Assembly: GCA_035583355.1 (NCBI GenBank)
Contig: DATEZQ010000011.1
Span: forward strand, 19,648-83,647
Length of the DNA: 64,000 nucleotides
Source: Minisyncoccota bacterium
GTDB lineage: Bacteria > Patescibacteriota > Minisyncoccia > Phycocordibacterales > UBA6899
Direction: 5' to 3'
Part shown: piece after piece, positions 57,745 through 64,000 of the stretch
Layout: each line of letters begins with the position of its first letter
Numbering within the stretch: position 1 is the stretch's first letter
The notes under the pieces: generated by a model
What the model was told of the DNA's origin: nothing
Databases searched by the model: none
Seen by the model: the letters and a program-made list of their open reading frames with translations, nothing else
Position numbers and translations under genes: made by a program

Positions 57745-58383
57745 TTGAATATGGATAAACAGACATTGTGGATTATTGGTGGCGGCATGCTTGTCGTCGC
57801 CGTGGCACTTACATTATTTTATATCGGAGAGCCGAAGAAAGCAGCAAAAACAATAAAAACAACAACTATGGCAGCACCAACTACAACAGCGACAGGAGAA
57901 GTTACAAATACAGTTACTCTGAAGACGTCCATGGGGGACATTGCACTGGAACTCTATGGAAAAGATGCTCCAAAGACGGTAGCAAACTTCGTAAAGCTTG
58001 CAAGTGAGGGATTCTATACAGGAACCCGTTTCCATCGCGTCATAAAAGATTTTATGATTCAAGGAGGAGATCCGCTCTCAAAAGATGACACCAAGGGTAA
58101 TCTCTGGGGTACTGGGGATCCAGGATATAAGTTTGAGGATGAGATTAATGGTCACAAGCTTATTGCAGGCGTGATTGCAATGGCAAACGCAGGTCCGAAT
58201 ACAAATGGAAGTCAGTTTTTCATTGTGACCGCACCTTCTACTCCATGGCTTGATGGGAAGCATACTGTTTTTGGTAGGGTGATAAGTGGGATGGATAATG
58301 TTGTTGCTATAAACAGTGTCCAGACTGCAGCAGGTGATCGACCAATCACCCCAGTCACTATTACGGGCGTGGAGGTGAAATAA
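57745..58383 (+). CDS. ppiB: Cyclophilin-type peptidyl-prolyl cis-trans isomerase, membrane-anchored
   Basis: N-terminal TM then [39 protein letters not shown] and [16 protein letters not shown] cyclophilin motifs. Confidence 0.85.
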   Translation: MNMDKQTLWIIGGGMLVVAVALTLFYIGEPKKAAKTIKTTTMAAPTTTATGEVTNTVTLKTSMGDIALELYGKDAPKTVANFVKLASEGFYTGTRFHRVIKDFMIQGGDPLSKDDTKGNLWGTGDPGYKFEDEINGHKLIAGVIAMANAGPNTNGSQFFIVTAPSTPWLDGKHTVFGRVISGMDNVVAINSVQTAAGDRPITPVTITGVEVK

Positions 58384-58430
58384 TCAACATGCAAAGCGGG
58401 CAATGGCCCGCTTTGTGTTATAATAATGAT

Positions 58431-58646
58431 ATGAGAAAACTCTACAGGCATACAAAAGGTGAGCGCCATGTTGCGGGTGGTGTCTTTGCAGGTCTTGGTG
58501 ACTGGCTTGAAGTGAGTCCAGGAATTTTGCGTGCAGGATATATTGCGCTTGCTATCTTTAGCGGAGTGATTCCGGGGATATTGCTGTACTTGGCGGCTAT
58601 GCTTTTGATGAAAAAGAATCCTGCGCACGAAGTGCACGATATATAG
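58431..58646 (+). CDS. PspC-domain membrane protein
   Basis: MRKLYRHTKGERHVAGGVFAGLGDWLEVSPGILRAGYIALAIFSGVIPGILLYLAAMLLM is the PspC-domain pattern. The ORF-track start at 58389 overlaps an upstream hairpin, so I chose the ATG at 58431. Confidence 0.6.
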   Translation: MRKLYRHTKGERHVAGGVFAGLGDWLEVSPGILRAGYIALAIFSGVIPGILLYLAAMLLMKKNPAHEVHDI

Positions 58647-58647
58647 T

Positions 58648-58775
58648 AAACCGCTGATTCGGGCGACCTTGCCCTCACGCTTCAGCACGTGACTCGTTCA
58701 CCGTATAACCCATACGGCTCACTAGAGTTCACGTGCCTCCAGCGAGGGCAATCTCATTCCGAATAAGCGGTTTTT
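58648..58775. repeat. Structured intergenic hairpin element, copy 6
   Basis: 15-bp outer stem aaaccgctgattcgg/ccgaataagcggttt then a T-run. ttgccctc/gagggcaa, gcacgtga/tcacgtgc, tip ccgtat-aaccc-atacgg. Core gactcgttcaccgta...ctcactagagttc. Confidence 0.6.
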
Positions 58776-58913
58776 CGTTGCGTGATATTTAGAAAATGCA
58801 AAATTCAAAATCTGAGGTTTTTGTTGTGTGGAGTTTGTGGGAATACAAAATACGAAATACTAAAAATTTAACCGCACCTTGTGGGGTGCGGTTGGTGGTG
58901 TGCTCTTTGAGCA

Positions 58914-59213
58914 CTAGTTGATGAAGTTCGCGGCACAGACGGTGCCATGATCGACGGGGAGACTGATGCGACGCGTGCGAGATACGTCGCCCTGCTTGAA
59001 GGTCACGTCGTAGTAGTGTCGCACGACCTTTCCGGTCAGGGTGGGTTCGCTCTTCACGAACTCGGCGCCCACAATCTTGGCTTCAGCGTGCTTGGCAAAC
59101 TTCACGGCGACTTCCTGCACCTGCGAAGGGCAGGTGTCGATTGGGTTGGTGGTGAAGAGGTAGCCGACGGTGAGGATGGCGATGGCGACGAAGGCGAAGA
59201 TGTACTTACGCAT
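58914..59213 (-). CDS. Small secreted protein
   Basis: 99 aa. Signal peptide FAFVAIAILTVGYLF. Two Cys. Confidence 0.4.
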   Translation of the reverse strand: MRKYIFAFVAIAILTVGYLFTTNPIDTCPSQVQEVAVKFAKHAEAKIVGAEFVKSEPTLTGKVVRHYYDVTFKQGDVSRTRRISLPVDHGTVCAANFIN

Positions 59214-59334
59214 GTGTCCTCCTGGGACGGGAAGGGGGATGAAAAGAGCTAACCTTTGAGGATTACATTATAGCATAATTATGATATTTGTCAAGTATAC
59301 GGGGGTATAAGAAAAACCGCACGTTTGTGCGGTT

Positions 59335-59895
59335 TTAGCCAAGCGTCTCCATGATGAATCGTATGAGGAGGCGGGTAGAACGGTCATATTTATGATTTGC
59401 GTTGTTGATGATGCAGTCATACTGCGGATGCATCGCAGCGAGCGTCTCGTTGCGCACATCTTGCATGCGTTCGGTGAGCTCCGCGAGTGTGCGGCAGCGT
59501 TTGTGCAGGCGCTCTCTGATCTCGGGTTCGGGCGCGAGGATGAATGCGAAATGTGCCTCAGGCACGAGTGCGACGATCTTGTCCGCACCCTCAGGGTCGC
59601 GAATGATGATCGCTGGTCCTGCCTCGAGCGTACCAAAGAGATTTTCTTTGAACGTTCCGTGGTAGTGCCCATGAGCAAGTGAGTATTCTGCAATGAGACC
59701 CTTCTGTCTACTGTCCATAAAGTCCTGCTCATTGATGTACGTGTATGCCCGGTCAGGTGATTCCCCATGTCTGGGCTTTCTGGTCGTATGTGTCGTGATT
59801 TGGGTGAGCTCGGGAAAGATCTGGAGGATGCGTCCTACCAGCTCGATCTTTCCACAAGCAGCAGGTCCAGAAATCACAAACAGAGGATAGCGCAT
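59335..59895 (-). CDS. Guanylate kinase-like paralog with degenerate P-loop
   Basis: Aligns along its length with the adjacent gmk (TTRKPRHGE, AEYSLAHGHYHGT, IIRDPEGADKI, FAFILAPEPEIRERL, YDCIINNAN). Its Walker A reads GPAACGKIE, with Ile replacing the Ser/Thr after Lys. Confidence 0.6.
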   Translation of the reverse strand: MRYPLFVISGPAACGKIELVGRILQIFPELTQITTHTTRKPRHGESPDRAYTYINEQDFMDSRQKGLIAEYSLAHGHYHGTFKENLFGTLEAGPAIIIRDPEGADKIVALVPEAHFAFILAPEPEIRERLHKRCRTLAELTERMQDVRNETLAAMHPQYDCIINNANHKYDRSTRLLIRFIMETLG

Positions 59896-59982
59896 GATGA
59901 CCTCCGTAATGTGCGTCTATCTTAATAGTATCGTGGATTACATTCTGCGCAATAGAAAAGCGCACCCGAAGGTGCGCTGTAG

Positions 59983-60561
59983 TTAATCGAGGTTTTCCCG
60001 AATGAATGCGTAGAGCTGGCGGAGCGACCGGTCGAGGTACCCATTGGCGTTGTTGATCACACAGCCATAGTACCAGCGATTGGCGTGGCGCATCTCCTCT
60101 TCCGAGTCCTTCATCCTTCGTGCGAAGTCGGCATGGTCCGTACTCCGCTCGGTGAGTCGGGCACGGAGGTCATCGTCGGGGGCCATGATGAAGATACAAT
60201 GCGCATCGGGGAAGAGTTCAGAGATTTTCTCGGCACCCTGGGGGTCCAGGATGATGATCGCAGGACCCTTCGTTCGTGCCTTGCGCACGTCCTCGACACG
60301 GGGGCCGTAGAGATTCCCATGCACTTCGGCGTGCTCGATGAATTCCTTGTGTTTGATGCCGGATTTGAATTGCGCGACGGTAAGGAAGTGGTAGGCGACG
60401 CCATTTTTTTCACCAGGCCGCTTCTTGCGCGTGGTGCAGGTGATAATGCGGTTCAGTTTCGGGAAGTCGGCAATGACTCTATCGGCCATCTTCGACTTGC
60501 CCGCAGCGGCTGGGCCCGAAATGACGAACAACGGGTAGAGTTGCTTTCCTGTCTTTTCCAC
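59983..60561 (-). CDS. gmk: Guanylate kinase
   Basis: P-loop SGPAAAGKSK. TTRKKRPGEKNGVAYHF. EHAEVHGNLYG. ILDPQGA. IFIMAPDDDLRARLTERS. Full-length match to the Gmk pattern. Confidence 0.8.
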   Translation of the reverse strand: MEKTGKQLYPLFVISGPAAAGKSKMADRVIADFPKLNRIITCTTRKKRPGEKNGVAYHFLTVAQFKSGIKHKEFIEHAEVHGNLYGPRVEDVRKARTKGPAIIILDPQGAEKISELFPDAHCIFIMAPDDDLRARLTERSTDHADFARRMKDSEEEMRHANRWYYGCVINNANGYLDRSLRQLYAFIRENLD

Positions 60562-60642
60562 GAGTGCTCCTTGTAGTGTGAACTTCTATCCGAGATACTA
60601 AAGGATTTTGACGATAACGCAAGGGTGTTGTGTGTTTATAAA

Positions 60643-60668
60643 GAAAAGACTCCCTTAAGGGAGTCTTT
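60643..60668. terminator. Bidirectional terminator hairpin
   Basis: aaagactccc-ttaa-gggagtcttt with a T-rich run on the minus strand. Confidence 0.55.
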
Positions 60669-60671
60669 ATC

Positions 60672-60752
60672 TTAACGCATACGCGTACTTGGTGTCTTGC
60701 CTGCACGCTTTGCCTTCTGCTTTTGGGCTTGCTTTTCCTTCTTATTTGCCAT
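60672..60752 (-). CDS. Possible 26-aa highly basic small protein
   Basis: ATG...TAA on the minus strand encodes MANKKEKQAQKQKAKRAGKTPSTRMR. It is bracketed by a terminator and by repeat copy 7. Composition is ribosomal-protein-like but I recognise no family. Could be spurious. Confidence 0.25.
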   Translation of the reverse strand: MANKKEKQAQKQKAKRAGKTPSTRMR

Positions 60753-60767
60753 ATTTGTTTGTGGCCC

Positions 60768-60883
60768 CCATATTTGGGCGCACTTGGTGTCACTTCGCCT
60801 TGCGACTCACTCAACGTACTCCGAGTACGTCTCGTTTGAGTTCGCAAGACTCCAGTAACACCAATTGCATCCCAAATCTGTGG
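60768..60883. repeat. Structured intergenic hairpin element, copy 7
   Basis: About 85% identical to copy 1 over ~115 nt (ccatatttgggcgca...cttgcgactcactcaacgtactccgagtacgtctcgtttgagttcgcaagactccag...gcatcccaaatctg). The tip stem acgtact/agtacgt covaries with copy 1's ccgtac/gtacgg. Confidence 0.6.
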
Positions 60884-60924
60884 TCCTGTTTATGTAATTA
60901 ATTAAGTACAACCTTAGCACGATT

Positions 60925-62220
60925 CTATCTCTTTTTCAAGACAAGGAGCGATTCGCAGTGTGGAGTCTGGGGGTAGAAGTCAAAACCCTCGATATGGACG
61001 ATACTGTACATATCCTTCATATCTGCATAATCGCGCGCCTGCGTTTCGGGATTACAGGAGAGATATATGATCGTCTCCGGTGCCGCCGCCTTGATCGAGT
61101 TGATGAGCTTTGGATGTAGTCCTACGCGCGGTGGGTCGAGCAAGAGTACTTCAAAGTCCTCAATGAGTTCTTTGTTTATTTTTTCTGCAGGCAAGCACTG
61201 TGCGGTGTAGTTGCTGATATTATTTTGTGCTGCGTTTGCTGCCGCGAGCGCGACGGATGACGGATTGATTTCTACACCATGTACTGACTTCGCATCCTTC
61301 GCGAGTAGGAGTCCGATTGTGCCCACACCAGAGTAGAGTTCAAGGAGCGTCTTGTCTTTCGGAAGGAATTCGCGCATTCGCTCAACTGCCTTTTTGAACA
61401 CGGGGATATTATTCTGGAAAAATCCATCCGAAGGGTAGGTCAGTTCAATGCCGTCGATATCCTCGGTGAGCGTGTGAATACCTTTCTCCCAAAGCAATTC
61501 GGTTTGCACTGCTGCGGGAGACTTATGTGTCGAATACCATACTTCTATGCCAGCGAGATTAGGAATAGTATCGATCGAAAATTCAGGGATTGTCTTCTCT
61601 TTCGCGTACAGTGTTGCAATACAAATCTTATTCGATTTGCTCTCACGCACGGTGAGTGCCTTGAGCTCGAATGCGGTGAGTCCGAGATCGCGCAGTTTTG
61701 CGCAGAGTGCGAGCGCTACACTATTCATGTTCTCTGAGAGGAGTTCACAGCCTGAAGGGAGGGCAGTGCGTGCTTTTCCTGCATTACGAATATGATATGC
61801 CAGTGCAAGGGGGAGATCACCGCCTACGCCGTCTCTATCCGTGAATGAGAATTCCGCCTTAGTGCGATAGCCATAATACTGTTCTGCGGGAGTGAATGAT
61901 GGCTTTGGTGCATCATCATAGTACCCATAAAGATCTGTGATGATCTCGTGCTTGAGTGCAGCTTGGGTGGGGTATTGAATGACTTGCCATGGACTGCAGG
62001 AAAGGTAATGCAATTCTTCTGGTGCTTTGCGTGCAGGGGAAATACTGATGAACTCCTTTATGTCACCAAGAAGCACTCCATGTTTACGCATCGTATCAAC
62101 AACCGCAGTTTCTCCGGGGAGCATGCCGTGTACAAAGACGGTCATTCCTCCCACGTCACAACGAGCCGCGCCATTATGCGCGATGCTCGTACTGGTTACA
62201 GTCATTACTTTATTATCCAT
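60925..62220 (-). CDS. TRAM-domain class I SAM-dependent RNA (uracil-5-)methyltransferase, RlmD/TrmA family
   Basis: N-terminal TRAM-like beta barrel. MTase motif I LELYSGVGTIGLLLA. LLLDPPRVGL. Catalytic-Cys region near the C-terminus (YLSCNPETQARD). Confidence 0.75.
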   Translation of the reverse strand: MDNKVMTVTSTSIAHNGAARCDVGGMTVFVHGMLPGETAVVDTMRKHGVLLGDIKEFISISPARKAPEELHYLSCSPWQVIQYPTQAALKHEIITDLYGYYDDAPKPSFTPAEQYYGYRTKAEFSFTDRDGVGGDLPLALAYHIRNAGKARTALPSGCELLSENMNSVALALCAKLRDLGLTAFELKALTVRESKSNKICIATLYAKEKTIPEFSIDTIPNLAGIEVWYSTHKSPAAVQTELLWEKGIHTLTEDIDGIELTYPSDGFFQNNIPVFKKAVERMREFLPKDKTLLELYSGVGTIGLLLAKDAKSVHGVEINPSSVALAAANAAQNNISNYTAQCLPAEKINKELIEDFEVLLLDPPRVGLHPKLINSIKAAAPETIIYLSCNPETQARDYADMKDMYSIVHIEGFDFYPQTPHCESLLVLKKR

Positions 62221-62223
62221 AAT

Positions 62224-62979
62224 TTAGGTATTAGGAAATGCGCGAAACCATCGGGTGACGCCATACTGATCAGGATGAAATTCGATGCGCCAGCTACTCG
62301 CCTCAGGGAGTGCTGCGATAGCAGATTCTTGACCTTTCCCGAATTCACAGAAAAGGCTTCCTCCACTTGCAAGGTGTCCGTGCGCACAAGCGAGGAGCTT
62401 TTTTATTTCGAGCAAACCATGTTCATCCGCATAGAGTGCACGGTAGGGTTCCCATACCTTAACACTCTCATCGACATCAGTCGCATGTGGGTCGATGTAA
62501 GGAGGATTTGCAAAGAGTGCATCGTATGGGCCAACAAGTGTTGCGCACACATCACCTTGAAGGACACTTGCGCGTTCTTTGTGGGTGATATTCGAGCGTA
62601 TGTTTTCCTCAATCTGGGCACACTCCTCCCCTCCAATATCGATGAACGTACAGCGCGCTTTAGGGAAGTGGAGTAGGGCAGCAATGCCGATACACCCACT
62701 CCCGGCGTAGCAATCTGCGAATGAAAGGTTGGCTATATGTGTCCTTTCTCGAGCGAGCATACGGAATGCCTCATCTGCCCAATATTCAGTTTCAGGGCGA
62801 GGGATGAGTGGCCGCTGTTCAAGTTTAATACGAGCACGAAGAAAGGGAATCCAGCCAATGACGTAGGCGATAGGTTCTCCTTTACGGAGGCGCTCGAGAT
62901 CGGCGAAATAGTGCGGTGATTTCACTCCAAGGTATTTTTCGGTGAGTAGCCAGTGTGCGTCACGAGGGGAGATTTCCAT
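62224..62979 (-). CDS. prmC: Release factor glutamine N5-methyltransferase PrmC/HemK
   Basis: Motif I FADCYAGSGCIGIA. NPPY motif LFANPPYIDPH. 251 aa. 3 nt downstream of the preceding MTase gene. Confidence 0.75.
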   Translation of the reverse strand: MEISPRDAHWLLTEKYLGVKSPHYFADLERLRKGEPIAYVIGWIPFLRARIKLEQRPLIPRPETEYWADEAFRMLARERTHIANLSFADCYAGSGCIGIAALLHFPKARCTFIDIGGEECAQIEENIRSNITHKERASVLQGDVCATLVGPYDALFANPPYIDPHATDVDESVKVWEPYRALYADEHGLLEIKKLLACAHGHLASGGSLFCEFGKGQESAIAALPEASSWRIEFHPDQYGVTRWFRAFPNT

Positions 62980-63018
62980 GGTTCGTAGTATAACATAAAC
63001 TCGATTTCGGCGGGTATG

Positions 63019-63042
63019 AAAAAGCCCGCATGCGGGCTTTTG
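63019..63042. terminator. Rho-independent terminator
   Basis: aaaagcccgca-tgcgggctttt. Confidence 0.65.
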
Positions 63043-63044
63043 TC

Positions 63045-63569
63045 TTAGCTGATGATGAACTGCTTTTCCGGTTCCACGGGGTGCTTTGTTTCCGTAATCG
63101 CTGCTTTGATGAGGAGCAGCATTTGCGTGAGCGAAGTTTGTTTTGTGGAATATTTCTTCCCGTCGTAATGCAGGCTGAGTTCGGGGGCGTGGTAGATGAC
63201 TTCGTGCGGTACTTTATTCTCGACGAGCGCAGCGTACAATGCACGCGCCGCATCACTGTCATCAAAGTGGAGCCGGAAGAAGTGAACCTTTATTCCCCAA
63301 AGCTTGATAGGTGCACTGCTCTCGCGCGGCGGAAGTCCAAGCATGCTCGCGAGTTGCCTCGCAGTTTCAGGATGCACGTTCGTTGCGGTAAGCAGGATTT
63401 CAGTGGGGCCTCCATCATTTCCATAGAGCGTCATTTTCCCGCCGAGTCTTTCGAATGTGAGGCAGTATGTCGCTTTTTTGAGGAAGCCGAGAATATTCGG
63501 CGTAATCGTGACTTCGCCAAGCGTGAGGATCTCAAGCATTGTGAACTCCTGTGCTGTTTCTATCCGCAT
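63045..63569 (-). CDS. Hypothetical protein
   Basis: 174-aa ORF, no family recognised. Confidence 0.4.
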   Translation of the reverse strand: MRIETAQEFTMLEILTLGEVTITPNILGFLKKATYCLTFERLGGKMTLYGNDGGPTEILLTATNVHPETARQLASMLGLPPRESSAPIKLWGIKVHFFRLHFDDSDAARALYAALVENKVPHEVIYHAPELSLHYDGKKYSTKQTSLTQMLLLIKAAITETKHPVEPEKQFIIS

Positions 63570-63618
63570 AATGCATAAAATTCATTAAGATGTCAATTGG
63601 TACCTACGCTGGGTAAAT

Positions 63619-63646
63619 AAAAAGAACACCCCAGTGTTCTTTTTAT
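63619..63646. terminator. Rho-independent terminator
   Basis: aaaagaacac-ccca-gtgttctttttatt. Confidence 0.65.
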
Positions 63647-63984
63647 TTGGTTTCATAGAGCACAGTAATTGTATCCCCAGGCCTCGGGTAGAACCTGCCG
63701 ATAGGAGTTGGGAGAAGGGCATTGTTGATGTATGTCTTCCATGTACGATCGCCAGCCTCTTTTCCAGCAAGACTACTGATCTGTCGATCTCTGCCGCTTC
63801 CTGTCCAAGAGAGGCTAATACGTTCTATTTCCATAACCCGCTCGATGATATTCGCGACAGAATCTCCCTCAGGTATGGAGACCCCATTCCATGAGTGGGA
63901 GGATGATTCTCCGTCATAAATAAGGACTGTTACTGTGTTTGGGGTACGCGTATCCTCGGCACTCTTTTGGGAAGCTAATTTCAT
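63643..63984 (-). CDS. Hypothetical protein
   Basis: 113-aa ORF whose start lies 16 nt from the window edge. No family recognised. Confidence 0.35.
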   Translation of the reverse strand: MKLASQKSAEDTRTPNTVTVLIYDGESSSHSWNGVSIPEGDSVANIIERVMEIERISLSWTGSGRDRQISSLAGKEAGDRTWKTYINNALLPTPIGRFYPRPGDTITVLYETK

Positions 63985-64000
63985 AAAGCCTGCACCAATC

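Overview
This 64-kb window looks like a compact bacterial chromosome segment of roughly 47% GC. Several core proteins are unusually short: EF-Ts is about 200 aa, PheS 257 aa, PheT 653 aa and RF1 326 aa. Together with the abundance of surface proteins this suggests a streamlined, possibly Patescibacteria/CPR-like genome, but that is low-confidence inference. Named genes I can support: rpmE, prfA, rpsB-tsf, tRNA-Thr(UGU), pheS-pheT, gyrB, sufB-sufD-sufC plus a DUF59/SufT-like gene, a DsbA-like oxidoreductase, hisS, engB, a DJ-1/PfpI protein, an RRM protein, a DEAD-box helicase, a NUDIX hydrolase, a histidine kinase with a MacB/FtsX-type ABC pair, two CheY-like receivers, a VKOR with a thioredoxin partner, a cyclophilin, a PspC-domain protein, two tandem guanylate-kinase paralogs, a TRAM-domain RNA methyltransferase and prmC. 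The accessory content falls into three blocks. The first is a ~13-kb operon-like block of secreted and anchored proteins at 11.9-24.8 kb. It contains a 1789-aa protein with an internal duplication, two C-terminally anchored paralogs, and two paralogous Thr/Ser/Gly-rich surface proteins that each sit behind a conserved ~230-nt leader. The second is a cohesin/dockerin surface-assembly cluster at 48-55 kb, with a third copy of the anchored paralog family. The third is a 2.8-kb high-GC, CG-codon-rich orphan gene at 31.5-34.3 kb. The most distinctive non-coding feature is a family of at least seven ~100-130-bp intergenic elements that fold as one long interrupted hairpin and show compensatory base changes between copies. 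Other points of interest are three perfect DnaA boxes in a 690-bp AT-rich gap downstream of gyrB, a (CG/CA)n alternating purine-pyrimidine tract, a long inverted repeat built from the tRNA-Thr 3' end followed by a GC-rich multi-hairpin island, and many canonical rho-independent terminators.
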